NCBI GenBank assembly: GCA_008632985.1 | Contig: QPGO01000027.1 | Coordinates: 620,001-684,000, forward strand | DNA: 64,000 nt | Direction of reading: 5' to 3' | Source of the DNA: Psammoneis japonica | Lineage: Eukaryota | Part shown: piece after piece, positions 1 through 13,799 of the stretch | How positions within the stretch are numbered: position 1 is the first letter of the stretch | Layout of the letters: each line of letters begins with the position of its first letter | Translations under genes and position numbers: made by a program | The notes under the pieces: model-generated | Seen by the model: the letters and a program-made list of their open reading frames with translations, nothing else | The model's database searches: none | Told to the model about the DNA's origin: nothing

Positions 1-1950
1 CAGGGGGTCATCTCAGAGGAAATGCTGCTCTGCACACTTGTTCCAGACTTGGGTGGGTGCACGCACAAAAAATGACCCTTTTTGCATGAAGCACATGGCC
101 CAAACTTTTGGCACCATTTTTAAAACCATGCATTTAAAGCTGACAATGTGGGCTGAGTTTTTGATCACCAAATGCTGCCGCAAGACATGGCTTGGTTTTC
201 TGATGAGCAATTTATGATCTCAGTCATGTGCACATAAAAACATGAAGAAAATGTTCAATGAAATGTTTGTTGACTGCAAAGTGGTGCGAGAAGATGTGAG
301 AAGAAATTAAACTCAGCCCATGCAATGGCATTGACTTTGGACCATTTTTCATTGCTTTGTCAACACAAATGACTGGAACACTTGTGTCAGTTGATGACAT
401 GGAGGGAACACACATGGGGGTTGAAAAGAACTTGTTGTTTTTGATGCAAATGGTGAGTGAAATGAGGCTCATTTGTTGTCACTGACAGATTGAAATTCTT
501 TTGTTCTGCTGCAGCCTGTAACAAGCATTTTCGTTGTTGTCATCAATGTCAATCAATTTCCCACAAGGTTGAAAAAAAAGGGCTGTCATGGTCGCTGAAA
601 GTCATGGCCATTTTGGCAGTGAGGTTGGTTCAAATTTTTTTGTTTGTTTTTAAATGAAAACACATTTACACGAAGACATTGATGCGACATTGTTGGTGTT
701 GAACAAAGCACAAAATGTTCGTTCTTGGTGCAAAAAGGGGCATGTGTGCTTCACCCAAGTCTGGAACAAGTCTCCACCACATCAACAGGCAGTCTGCCCA
801 CAAGGTCTGATGTCCATTTGGGGTCACTTGCTTGAGTTTGACATTGACAATCCACACACCAAATGCCGGTCCAACTGCCAACTGCAAGCAAGAACTCCCC
901 CTGTGCAAGGGCCTCTTGATGCAGGCAGTGCTCCTTTGTCATGTCTCAGCTCTTTGCCCAGCCACCAAGAGCTGCAAACAACCCCCTTGTTTGGGGGAAG
1001 ACCTGGGCCAACTTCAGCAATCTCAAGGACCACAAGGGGCACCCATGCTCTGTGCTTTTGTGGCAGTGCTGCTTGTGTGCAGCACCAGCAATCTTGTGGG
1101 TTTTGAAGGTGCCAAGTTGCCTCTCCAAAATCCCCCAATGTGTCTGGCACATTCCTGCATTGGTGCACAAAGACTGTGTGTGTTGAGTTCTCTGTGGAAG
1201 TGCCCCCCCCCCCCAACTGGGCTGTGGGCAACTGCCAGCAAATGTGCAAGTGTTCTGAGCTTTTGCAAAAGGCACTCAAGCTGCCACCCAAGTGCCTTGA
1301 CTGCTGGGTTTTCAAAAGAAATTCAACTCAGTCAAGAAGATGAAGTGCAAGTGTTGCCTTCATGATCTTGCCAAGTTGCCAAGTCAGATCACACCAACTG
1401 CACAACTCCTGGACTCAGCTGGCTGCAGGGTCAAGACCCATTTGTGCAAGAGTCTTGCAGGGGGGGGGCTCATGAGAAAGGTGATGAGTGGCTGGCTTTG
1501 TCCTCCAAACTCCCAGGGAGCAGTGTTTCTGCCACACACCTTTCTCCAAAGAGACTGCCAGAGCACTGGTGTGTGGCCTTGCTGGCTGCACAAAAATTGC
1601 ATGTGTTCCAAGTGCAAAGATGCACATGTCTGTGTTGGAACAATGAGTTGTGAGACATGTGACCCAGGCGTGTTGAAGAAAAGACATTTGATCTCTGACG
1701 TGGATCGGGAGAATGCTTCTTCACATTCAAAGATCTCGCCCACTTTGAACTTTGAATGTGTGTGTTTCTGTCTCATTCTTTCGAGTGAATCATTTGGTTT
1801 GCATGATTGTTGTTTGGCATCAAGAGACACCTGCATTGCAGTGGTTGCAGAGTTTACATTGACACCCAGGCATCCCACAGCCGCTGGAGACTGCCAAGGC
1901 AAGAGCAGCGCACAGGAAGGAAACCTTTGAAAAGCACGACGACGAACAAG
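1..1950. other. TpA- and CpG-depleted, TpG/CpA-rich degenerate block A
   Basis: Very few TA or CG dinucleotides by eye. Overlapping ORFs are Cys/His/Trp/Gln-rich and lack Tyr. Normal composition resumes at about 1950. Confidence 0.85.
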
Positions 1951-2476
1951 ATGTTATACGTGAATTTTCTACGTGAGTTTTGTACCAGAAATCGGCCCAA
2001 ACCCTTTTTTCGAGACTCCTCAAAACCCCTGCACATGGATAATCGCATTTTCGGTGCAACCTAACCTCTTGTTGTCGGCGGCGGAGAAATCAACGAAACG
2101 CTGCGGCGATAGTAGCATCATAGATGACATTGCTGCCGACGATGTGTTCATCACAAACGACTTATCAAGTGCACATAAAAGTTTTCTCTTACGACGTATG
2201 ATGCTGCTTTATTCAACATTATGCTCTTGGTTTGGTCTTCTTCCACTGGGAAGAGGAGCCGGAGTTTTACAGGAGTACACTCTACTGGGCAATCTCACAC
2301 GGAAGTGTGGATAACACATCGGTCGTGCTATGTAATCCTTGTTACGAAGTATCTGGCGAGGTTGAGGGCAGGAAAGCAACGTACAGGTATGGGGGAGTCA
2401 ATGTCTTCGACGAGAATGACGTAGATGTGCAATCAGGCTTACCTTGCCATTTCGTATCCAGGGCAAATCGACCGTC

Positions 2477-3574
2477 CTACCCTACGGCTTCCAACTTAGC
2501 TGTGGAGCCATCAAATTCTGAGCCATGCAAGCTGAAATCAAAAAGGTTTAACATACAGGAACCTTGAGAGGAGAACGAATGATGCGAATTATCATCGAAG
2601 GAGCCGTCGGTCTGTTTGCTGCCAAAGAACCAGTCTTGGTATAGCTCTCTAACGGCAGTTGCATCGTCGTAGCTACCATCCGCACCCGTCGTTCTTATCA
2701 TCATTTCGTCTTCATCAGATGGCTTGCCACTTTGCCATGTTTGTGCAGTGCGCTCACTATCAAGGAACTGGACGCGGTCCTGGCAGCCTTTCTGGCTACT
2801 ACCGGGTAGTTCTTCCAATTGCTCCCTCACCGCGGTTTTATCGCCATAGCTACCCTTTGCAGCTGTCATGCTTTTATTCATTTCGAGTTCATCAGGTGGC
2901 TTGCCAGACCGCAGTGGCTGTGCAGCGAGCCCAATATCAAGACACGGAACGATGTCCAGGCGTCCTCTCTGGTCACCGCTGCTTGAGAAGTCTTGGCATA
3001 TTTTTTCCACCTCGGTCGCATCATCATAGCTACCGTCTATATGTGCCATGCTTCTTGTCGTTTCACCTTCATCAGGTGTCATAACACTCTGCTCTGGTTT
3101 GAAGAGCTTACCCTGATGGAATCGGACGATACCACCCCAGTCGAAGTCGTGTGCTGACCTAAAACAATCTCCGAACCCATCCAGGTTTTGGACAAGCGAA
3201 TAATTACTCAGTATGTGTGGCTTCCTTGCAGTGTCCCGGAATTCCTGTGAAATCTTGTTGGCAGCTTCTCTAGGGCTCACTAGCTCCCACTCCTCACGAC
3301 AGCCTTTCTTTTCCCTGAGGAACCGGCCACCTGATTTCAGAATTGCGGCAACAATGCTCCTGAGGAAACTAGTCTTTTTGGACCTTTTCTTCTTGTCAAT
3401 TGTCTTGTACTCATCTCCACAACAGCCAATTAATGTTCGGAAACTCATGTTTCCTATGTGCTTGATGCTGCGATCGCCATTCCCGTAGAGAATGTCCAGA
3501 TCAGACAAGACGTTGGAGGTGATATGGCGACTCGTCTCGTGCGCACCTCTAGATTTCTGATCGCTTTCTGCCAT
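2477..3574 (-). CDS. DUF6824-domain protein with three C-terminal ~59-aa repeats
   Basis: Motif DILYGNG..HIGN..FR..I....EY......KK......IV..I...GGRFL.....WE.V....A..KISQ.FRD is typical of diatom DUF6824. First ATG (MAESDQK) is at 3574. The repeat core GSY(D/G)D.T.V occurs three times. A 3' intron cannot be excluded. Confidence 0.75.
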   Translation of the reverse strand: MAESDQKSRGAHETSRHITSNVLSDLDILYGNGDRSIKHIGNMSFRTLIGCCGDEYKTIDKKKRSKKTSFLRSIVAAILKSGGRFLREKKGCREEWELVSPREAANKISQEFRDTARKPHILSNYSLVQNLDGFGDCFRSAHDFDWGGIVRFHQGKLFKPEQSVMTPDEGETTRSMAHIDGSYDDATEVEKICQDFSSSGDQRGRLDIVPCLDIGLAAQPLRSGKPPDELEMNKSMTAAKGSYGDKTAVREQLEELPGSSQKGCQDRVQFLDSERTAQTWQSGKPSDEDEMMIRTTGADGSYDDATAVRELYQDWFFGSKQTDGSFDDNSHHSFSSQGSCMLNLFDFSLHGSEFDGSTAKLEAVG

Positions 3575-4057
3575 TGCGCGGTGTTCTTGTAACGAAGTAG
3601 CTAGTGCCTGAGTAACGAAATCACCTTGAGTTGAATGTGCCCGTGTCTTGGTCAATTTCGAAATGCAAAACGAAGAGATGATGCGAGCAACCAGAGCCTG
3701 TCCTGTGGTCCTAGGCGACAATGATCACGTTTCTTTGCTGATTATAGTAACCTTGCAACAAGACCTCCACTTTGGGATTCATTTGCGAACACTTTTCTGC
3801 ATTTTGGGATTCATTTGCGAAGTCTGCGTTTAAACACGAGTGAAGAAATTCGCACGGCGTTTTTTCACGTACCGTACAGTAGAACCTGTTCCTCGCTCGC
3901 TCGAACATCAACAAGAAAATCGAGAGATGTCATTTCTACGCTTACTATGCAGAATGTTCGGCTAATCGAAGTTTGTGCATTCCCGTACTTTCCAATTTAC
4001 TTAATGTGAAGAAGTCATTATTTTTAGTACATCACGCCCAACAGACTAGTGTGGGGA

Positions 4058-4257
4058 AAGCTACATAAAGATAACATTGAAGTAGACGGTCATTCGATAA
4101 GTAAATTCCCCTTTTAAATAAAGGAGGTTTATAAGCTACATACATCACGCGATGATTCAACAACCTGCTATAATATGTAGATTATAACTTTTATAAGCTA
4201 CATATATAACGGGAGTTTATAAGCTACATAAAGCGATGCATTATACGCTACATAAAG
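4058..4257 (+). repeat. Short dispersed direct repeats TTATAAGCTACATA in AT-rich spacer
   Basis: Copies at 4129, 4191 and 4217, a variant (TTATACGCTACATA) at 4241 and a partial copy at 4058. Confidence 0.8.
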
Positions 4258-6654
4258 ACAAAAGATCAATTACTTAACAAGAGTCATTGTTGTCAGTATA
4301 GGGAATTCTGACATACGACGTCCAGACGATTGAAGCACCTACGAAGTAAAGAACGAACGAACGTGAGGCCCTCGCTCAAAACAACACAGGAAAAAGACCA
4401 CATGACAGCAGCAACAGCCAATGCTAGATTGTGCCACCAAACCTTTTCCCACCAACAATGCCAATGCATTGCATGCCACATTTTGCTCTGACAAGCACAT
4501 CCATGAAAAGAGACAGGTGAAACAAAATCCAAAAGAGTGGGCGAAAACTCCTCCTGTGATTTTGTTGTCATCCACAATCTCCAATCTCACAACTTCAACA
4601 GCTGATGCTTTTTTGCCACCAAACTTTTCCCACCAACAATGCTGACACATGACATGCTTCATTGCACTCAGAAAGTGCACACATGAGAAAAGAGAGAGGT
4701 GAGAAAGAAAGAAAAGCTCGAAAATTGACGAACACTCCTTCTGAGATGTTTTGCTGATGTTCAGGCTCTTTTCTCAAAAATGTCACATTTCAATTTGTCA
4801 ATTCTTGACAGATTGAAGAGTGCAGCATCTGTCATTCAGAAAAATGAAGATTTTTCTCGAAAATGTCGTTTTTGTGCACATGCTTTGGCGGTTCTTGCGC
4901 GGCTGGAGCATGTCAAAAGGGGAGACAAGGGTTGACTCAAGGGCGCGGAGCATTTGTTGTGGCAATCTGCAATCTGTCACTTTTGGAAAAGTCTGGGAAC
5001 AGCTGGCAAATGATGTTGCTTTTGTCTCTGAACATTTGAGCAACTGCATGGGTTGCTCGCTGGCTGCAGCGGCACCCAGGCAGCAACTTCTTCTTGCAAA
5101 GATGTTCATGTGGCTTGGGTCCCCCCCACCTCTGAGCATCAAGACAGCCAACTGGAGCCAAGGGAGGTTGCTCCCTGGTGAGGCATTGATTGACACTTCC
5201 AAGGAAGGGAGTGTCTTTCAATGCTGTGGGCCCAAAATCTCAGTCGCAGCAGGGCTGTGCTGCCCTCGAAAGCTGGCGCATGTGGGTTGACTGCTCTTGG
5301 CATCATGACTGCCACCACCACTGCCATTTTGACTGCCACCATTGCAACTGCTGCCATTGAAACTGCTGTTGTTGTGACTGCTGCCATTGAAACCACTGCT
5401 GTTGGGACTGCAGCCGTTTGCTGCTGGCGCCATCGCGGCTGCTGCCACCCGGACTGCACTGCAACTGCTGCAACTGCAACTGTGATTGTTGCAACTGCCA
5501 TCATTGTGGCTGCTGGTGCCATTTGAACTTCTGTTGTTGTGACCACTGTTGTTGCAGGGGGCTGGTTGCCAGGAGCTGTGACTGTGCCACTGTTTGGACT
5601 GCGGCCGCTGTTGAAGCTTGAGTGTGCTTTTGCTTTTTGCCTCAGCTGGCAATTCTCTCTGCATCTTGCTTGTTCTTGAAACATCCTGTTTTGCCTGACT
5701 GTGCCCTTCCTCTGTTTTTGGTCCCCTCATGCAAGTGCTCTTTTGCAGCTGGTGCCTTGAGATTTTCCAAGGCCTGCTGAGAGTTTGTTTTTCCTCGTGT
5801 CTCTTTTTTGCTTGTCAATCAATTTTTGCTCCAAACCCTCTTGCCTTTCTTTTGCTTTGGCCACTTGCTGCTCTGCAATGACTGCTCTCTGATGCTTGCT
5901 TCCTTGTCTGGCATGTTTGGAGAATCTCATTTGTGTCAAACGCCGCTGCACGAGTGAGCTGAACCTCAGTCAGAACAGCACCAAAAGGTGCAAATCGCAA
6001 CAAGGCAAACAGCAAACATTTGACATCTCGCTGCTTCCATTGCCAGTGCCCCACCCAGGATCTGGCCCATCATCATCCCTGGAGTGAAACCAAACCAATC
6101 ACTGCCACGGAGTTCACCATGGATGCTGCCCCCCAGCAGCTTCTTGTGCCACTTCCTGAGTGCTGCTTGCCCCAACACCAGCCACCTTGCAAAGCACAAC
6201 AAAGAATTTCAACCTCACTCTGCTGCTCTGACAGAACTGCAAGCACCACATTTGGCAACAGTGCAATGACATTGATGCAACAACCAAGAAGAAGCACCCC
6301 AACAGCTGGAACAACATGTGGTGGGGGGCACCAGCAAGGTTGAGGTTAAACAATTGCACAAAGTGCCAAAAAGTTGACACACAAGTGCAACACATTTGTC
6401 AAAAGTGCAGCCAACATGCAAGAGCCCTGGCCTTGAAAACTCACCCAAGGCTGTCAAGAGACAATGATGGCTCAAGATTGATCAACTCTGGATGATTCAA
6501 GATGACAAGATTCTCTGCGCAGGTGCTGTTGATTTCTTTTGACTTGCTTCACATGGAGTTCATTCTCGCCCACACCATCATTGACAACTTGCCATTCATT
6601 GTCAGGTCATCCATGCAGCAGATCAAAGAGAAAGGAAAGGAGTCCATTGAGAAA

Positions 6655-8048
6655 CCAGTCTTTTGCTTTGACAGTTGAAGCAACTCAGTGAACATCTCGC
6701 ACAAAGTGCTGTGGCAGAACTTGGTGAGCATCTTCTGCCCAAGCTTTGGCTGATGGTCAGTGGTGCACTTGTTGCTTGTCTTGGGGTGTGGTGGCACCAT
6801 TCCCAGCATTGACCAAGGGAGTGGCTGCAATGACACTTGTCATTGAAGCTGCCCAATGCTGCAAGAACAGGTTGTGCTTGCAAATGACCAATGTTGTCAC
6901 AAAGGGTGGAATCTTCAAACAGCACAACCGGGCAAACATGGTGTGACCCAGATGGGCAGCCATTGCCGAGTTGATCCAAGAAAGATTTGAGATCATGCTC
7001 TGCTTGCTTCCACCAGTCACCAGTGTTGAGAGAGTCACAAATGTGCTCATTTGTTTTGGGACAGCACTTCTCATCATTGCACATCCACTGACAAGACTGG
7101 ACAACCCAGGGATCACGAAAGACCCTTCTCACACAGTGCTGCAGAAAGGAGAATTGGGGCACATGCACATTGGGGGGAAAGCAGGGCCCACATGCACTGT
7201 GGAGCAAATGGGCTTTGGGAGCCAACAAAATCAAAATGTTTGGCTTTCATGCATTGCAAGGCTGCAGAGCAGGAGAGAGACTTGCACTCACAGTCACTCT
7301 CCTTGGCACATTTGGCCCAAGAAAAAAGCCTTGTGCAAAGCGTGGGAGAGACGATGCTTCTTCGTCATCACAGCCAACTCTTCCTCTGCTGGATGAAGCT
7401 TCTTGGTGGCATTGGTGTCACAAATGCAGGGAGGTCACAACAGTTGGAGCTTCTTCTGTCTCCTCCAAATCAAGTGCACCAAAGCAGTGCAATCCTTCAT
7501 CGTCATTGTCATTGTTGGGGGGGAAGAGGATGACGTGAAATGTTGTGCTGAGAGCATGTCAAAGTCCTCTTCAAGGAAAAGGATGTCATCATAAAAGATG
7601 CCATCATCAGGGGATTCTGGGGCAAGACACCCAGTGCCAAGTTTGTCTGGCTGTGGTGCAGGATGAGAATTGGCAACAGCGTCGTCAAAGGAAAATTCCA
7701 ACACCAGCAGTTCACTGGAGGAGGGATTGCCATGGGTGGAGGGTTGAAACTCATGATCAATGCCATCTGGAAAAAGGTGGGATGGATCACCATCATTGAG
7801 AGACAGGGACAAGAATCCTTTGGTGCTTGAATTGAGGGATTGGTTGGAAGGCACTGATGCACCAAAAGAGACAGAGGCACCACTGTTGCTCAGAGAGCAA
7901 TGAGGGGAGGAAGATGCATTGCCAAGGCCACAACAAAAGAAGGAAGAGCACTGGGGATGCCTTTGAAAATGTCGGCAGAGAGCATGCCGGTCATTGTTGT
8001 CAGACATCCAACTGGGACAGAGTGGATTGTGACAGGGGTGCGCCACTG
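6655..8048 (-). mobile_element. Plavaka-like transposase relic, copy 1
   Basis: ICDSLNTGDWWKQAE...CPVVLFEDSTLCDNIGHLQAQPVLAALG resembles the Plavaka pattern Y...NTGDWW..PIILF.D.T..D..GRL..EPV..TLG. Frameshifted, and homologous in inverted orientation to 14622-16350. Confidence 0.65.
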
Positions 8049-10624
8049 TCATTGTCAGATTTTAGGTCGGCAGGTGGCTTGTGGTGTGTGCTGTGGGAAA
8101 AAAGGACAGATGCAGCACAAACAGAGCAAGACAGAAGGGAGCCAGCTGACAATTGGAAAGAGAAGGAATGAAATGCATGCAAACCTGACAAGTTTAATGA
8201 TGCACACACAAAAGGGACAACAGGCAACTTTTAAAACAAGAAAAACCAATTGAATGATTTGCAAATTGACAACAATCAACAACAAGAATCAACGTCCATG
8301 TGCCAAGAAGATCGGCAGGAAAATCAGGCAAATGTGTGGAATTTTTTATGATGACAATCATCACTCTGGTTGAGCACAGAAACATGTTGAAGATGAATGG
8401 AGCAAAAAACCAAACCAGCGGATGCAATTGTGGCACTTGATCCACCACACTTGCACTCTTGCATGGTCACATGACAATGTCAGACCTTGCCACTGCAACA
8501 GAAGCAAAAATCAATCGACTGCTCTTGCTTTTCTTGAGAGTGCACAAGAGAGAAAAAAATTGAGAAAGTGAGAAAATTGAAAAGCACATTTTGACATGTT
8601 GGCATTGTTTTGAATTGCAGTGTTCACATTCAACTCACTTTGAACATTTGAAAGAGACAATGTTCCCACTCTTGGCTCCATGAGATGAAGAGACTTGAAA
8701 CCCCACCGTGTTGGTGCTTGTCAACACCCTCAGAATGCTTCAACATCATTTCTTCCTCATTGTTGGCAACTGAGTTTCTTTAATTTCTACATGATTTTGG
8801 CGAAATTTTGCATCATTTTATGGTGCAATCATCAGGCGATCCATTCAACAACTTTTAACATTTTTTTCTTCTACACCATTCTCGAGTGTCTTAAGAATGG
8901 CGCAGGGCAGGCGCACTGTCCAAAACTCCGAGTGCGAACAGAGACACATGCACTGCAAACTTGGCCATTTGTTTTGTGTCGAAGACAAACACATCCATCA
9001 ATCAGAGTGTGAACCACAGAGCTTGCATGCAGAATTCTACGGGGCAAATGTCACAAAAAGTCCCGCCTGGGACTGGAGCCCGTCTGCCGGCGTGGCATGT
9101 TGAAAAATGCACTCAGCTTCAAACGAAGACAATTTGTCGTGAATTGCACACAAAACAGTCACATTGGGGAAAACATCATGTGTCGAACAATGACTGTGTT
9201 TGTGCAGTGCACCATTGTGGCAACAAATTGGAAAAAAAGAGTGTCTGTGCACCTCGCCACTGCCCCAAAAATGGCATGAGACATCAAACGCAATGGCCAT
9301 CTGAGTCGCCGGTGTGGTGGCCATGCCACAATGCCAGCCACGGCAGCAGGGCCCTGCATGCATGCAGGCAATGCAGCATGCAATGGCACACACCCACACC
9401 CACAAAAAAAGACAAGTGGCCAATGCTCCCCGCAGGCCTGGTTCTGTGCAAGCCCATGTGTGCAAACGGAGTGCCATTTTTTGCTTCCTGCCATCCACAA
9501 TTTAGGGGCCACCAAACTTTCTTCCCACAAGAGCAACTGAAGTGCTTGCTCACCAATGGAAGCAGAGCCAAAGGAGCTGTGTGCGACAACTCTCTCATCC
9601 ACCACTGTCGCTGTGTTGCTTCCATTGGACATCTCATCTTCAGGTCCATCGCATCCAGGGTGGTGCCCACCTGGGACAGGCCATGGGTCCTTGATGCCAC
9701 CCTCAGCACACCATTGAAGATTTTTGTGATTGTTCTGGCCCTGTCCACGACATCCGTTGATTGGAACAGACACTCTGCAATGGAGGAGCACTTTGGCTTC
9801 ACGATTCTTGTGGCAAACTGTGTGTTTTTCTCCTTTTCCCCAGGTTTTGGCAAACAGCTCAAACTCTTCATGACAAAGCTCCCACAGACAAGGCTCCTGT
9901 TTGCAGTGGCTGCAAATGGTTGCCTCCTTTTTGATCTTGACCTTCTTCAGTGGCAGAGGATGGTTGGAATGCCCGTCAGATTCGGAGGAAGACATGTTCA
10001 CAGCCGCGGCTGTTGAGTCTTGATTTTTTGTGGGGAAGTGGTCAAACGCCATTGGGGTCCACGGAGAACAATCAACAACTGCGATTCTCTGCAATTGCCA
10101 CTCATGCAGTCATTTTCTGTTGGCCGCTGGAACTTGCCATCTGTGCAAACAACAAAGACATTTGCAGTTTGTTGCTCTGCAAAAAAAATCAAGAGATGTC
10201 ATTTCTGCACTTGCTGTGGGGCAGAATCTTCCGGCTGATCGAATGTTTTGCCATTGCCCCGCACTGTTCGTCTGAGGAAAATGAAATCTTCAAGACATTT
10301 CCTTCTGGCGTGAAAACTCCGGGATGTCAAGCAGTTTCCAACTCACTTGTGGTGAAGAAGTCATCATTTGTGGGACATCACGCCCAAAACAGACTGCTGC
10401 ACTGACTGCACATGCAATGACCAATTGACTGCAATCCCACTGCATGCACGCACGCTCTGTCGTGCGTTTCGTTGATTCTCGCCATGTGTTGTGTTGCCGG
10501 CAGCACTGCACAGCCCTGTTCAACAAAGTTTAAAAGTCGCACAGGGCTGCTTTGTAGACATCACATCAACAGACTCCAGCCGCATCAACTGCAGCATGGC
10601 AATGACCCGCTGTGTCACATCTAA

Positions 10625-11170
10625 TTGTCCTGCTCCGTTTTTGGTCATGTGGCTGTTCCTGATTTAATCAAGAACGAAGCGAGCACTGCTGCACTTGAAT
10701 GCATGCTGGCCTGTGACATGACGACGGTTGGACAGGAAACCCAACATGAAACCACCCTCACATCCGCCCTTGACAACGCCGGCATTTGCCTCATCCCTTT
10801 CACCTTCGACCACTTTGGAGCCCCAGGCTGCTTCGCACACCGCCTTCTCTTTGGAGCCGATCAACAACACCCTGTCCCCGCCACACCAGCACCTCCTTGG
10901 AACACCGAATCTTCTTTCCAACATCCTGCCACCCATGCTGCGTGCACCTGTGCACAACAATCCCCATCCGCCATCCTCCCCTCCACCACCGCCAACTGGA
11001 AAAACACATCTGCTGCATGTTTCGGGGGCTTGACCCACCACACCTCAACTCCATCACAATGGGGCATTCTTCAAAGCCGCTTGCTGACCAACTCACCCAC
11101 TGCTCCACCAATCTGCGCTCCCAGCTCGCCAACCCCAGCCCCAAACCCGCCCCTTGCCCTGCTCGCATGA
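10625..11170 (+). mobile_element. Possible non-LTR retrotransposon C-terminal (RLE-type) relic
   Basis: LIPFTFDHFGAPGCFAHRLL resembles the F.PF..E.FG..G..A..L tail of RLE-bearing non-LTR elements. Heavily degenerate. Confidence 0.35.
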
Positions 11171-13799
11171 CTCAGCACAGCTCCGCCCCTGCTCTGCATC
11201 TGTCCCTCCCCCCACGCCACTGGGTTGCGTTGCACGTGAACTCCTCATGCATGTGCACCAGGCAGTTTCCCCAACCAACAACAACACAGGTCGACTCTTT
11301 GTTGGTGGAATTCTGCACCCCCGCCAGCAAGTGCAGATGATGACTCAAGCTGTGAAACCAGAAGTCATGTGATGGAGAGCTGCAAAGACCTGTGACGATT
11401 GAACAACAGCGGCCAGCTGCAGATGCATTGTGAACAAAAAGCCAACAAGAACAATCCAAAGTTGTGCCCATTCTGCAAGAAGCAACAAGCGGGTTTGCAG
11501 AGCTTTTTTGCACTGCAAATGAGAACCACGTTGTTCTTCAGAGAACTCTGATGTGTGGTGGGTGCTGTGAAACAGCTCTTTGGAATTTCAGAGAATGACA
11601 GCAACATGGTCCACCCTCCTTGACTCTGGTTTAAAAATGTGCCCCACCTCCCACCTGCCTCTGGGTCTGGAGCGGCGTCTGTCATGTGATGGGATGTGCT
11701 GGCCCATCTTCTCTTGCTCCCTGGCTTTGGCTGAGCACTGCTGCTGGAGTCAGAGCTTGCAGGGCTCTGTCCATTGTTTTCACCATGTGGCTCACTTGAA
11801 CATCAACCACTTTGCCAGCCAAGCACACTCAGCAAGTGGTGCAGTGACAACTTGACCTTGTGCTTCCACGTGTGAACTCAAACCCCAGTTTCTAACCACA
11901 GAGTGAAAGTGCGCATCCCCACATGGATTGACTGGAGTGAAATGCTTGTGTCAATCTGAATCTAAGTTCTGGAAGCACCCCAGAGCAAACATGGTGTGCC
12001 GAGTTGACTGACACCATTGTTGTGCTGAAGCTGTTGCTGAATCTTTTCCCTGGCGCTCCTTGTGTGCAGGCTGAAAGATCTTCTTGGGTGTGGGTCTTCT
12101 TCTTGGGATTGGAGGAAGACCTGTGACTCTCATTGCCTTTGTCACAGCCACAACTTTGGCCTTGGTTTTTACCACTTGTTCCATCTCCTCCCCTGCCACT
12201 CATTGTGCAGATGTTTGGTGTTCAGCTGGCTGCATGAAGATCATTGGTGTGTGTGGGTGTGTGCACAAGCAGCACTGAGTGCAGCTCCAGCAACTCTTTG
12301 GAGCAAACCTGCAATGACTGTGGGTTGCCAAAAATTGTCAATGTAAACTGCAAACTTGTGATGATGTCACAGGCACCCAGTGGTGCCGAATGACAAAACA
12401 AATGACTCGCTCCTCCAAAAAATGTGATGAAAGTCAAAGGTGAGGGGTCAATGATGGCAAAGCTCTTCTCACAACAAGTCACTCAGCAAACCATGCCAGG
12501 AGCAAAATCATTTTCCTTCAACACATCTTTGCACCTTTCAGCACCCCTGTGACCCAGATTTTCAAACACACTCCTGCTGCTCCCATCGATGCTTCAAAAT
12601 TGAGGCCAACATCATGCAAGACTGGGGCCCTCTGGAATGTCAACCAAATCAACATCAGCTGCCAGTGTGCAAAAAATGCAGCCCACCCCTTTCATCTTGA
12701 ACAAGCTGCTCTCTTAGAAACTTTCCTGGGCAGATGGGCAGCCACAAAGCCAGAGGAAGCTCCGCCCATTTGTTTGGCACTGTTTCTTGGTGTTTTGATG
12801 TTGCTGTCATCTTGGCAGTCTTTCAAAGCACCCAGGATCTTCCCCATTGTGTGTCAGACAGGCAAGGGTGCAGCCAAGAAAGGGGGGACAAAGCCAGCTT
12901 GCACACAAGTGAGTCATTTTGCAGCACATGGACCAGTTTGACACATGTTTGCTCAGTGAGAGAGTGACAAAAGAGGATGCCTGAGAAGAAAAGTGCTGCT
13001 GCCAGATGACCCATGCCAGCAAAGAAGGAGAAACCAAGGTGTGGCAAGGCCAAAGTTATCTTGTCATTCCAGGGAGGAGCAACTCAATGACAACATCATG
13101 GGAGGACCAACATTGAGAGCATGGCACACCTCCTCACATCATGTGGTGTTGGCACAATGAGGTGTGAGCACCTGCTAGCTGTCATGAAATTGCTCAAAGA
13201 AATGCCAGCACCAGCACAGCTCTCATGTGTTGCCTCCATCAGAAATTGACAAACACACTGCCACCAACAAGTTTGCCAAGCAACTGAAGTGCCCCCACTT
13301 CCACACATCTGAAACTTGAGCATGCTGCTTCAGAGCATGCTCCTCAAGGTTGGGGGAAATGACAGTTCACACTGTGTTGTGATGAGCAGGAGGAGAAGCA
13401 ACCCAAAGTCATTGTGGAGTGTGACATCTGTGTGCAAGCAAATGTGGCAAAGCATGGCTGCACCCCCAAATGTTGGGCCTCTGGTGCAATTGACCCCCCA
13501 AAAAGAAAGTGCAATTTTGTCACACTGGCTGCCTGTTTTGCTCAACTCACAACAAGAAGGACAACAAGTGTTGTGTGTGAGATCATGTGCTCCCTCAACA
13601 AAGCCTTGGCAGGAGACATGCTTGGTGCCAACCATCTTGCTGACCAGGTGGTGCAGTCAAGCACAGCACTGATGCCAAGTCACATCATGACAAGCAAGTG
13701 TTGCACACTGTTCCCACCTTGTGCATGCACTGTTTTGGAGAGAGAGAGAGAGAGAGAGAGAGAATGTCTTCATGAGTTTTGCTGCTCTGGCTCAAACTG

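Noticed and set aside
2232..2567. 111-aa plus-strand ORF in the first island
   Set aside because: No recognisable family, non-ATG start, and it overlaps the 3' end of the DUF6824 gene.
12550..13680. Possible MULE transposase/SWIM relic (VSDR..G-like remnant)
   Set aside because: Too degenerate to support by eye.
13738..13763. (GA)n microsatellite, plus scattered poly-G/C runs
   Set aside because: Ordinary simple repeats with no sign of function.
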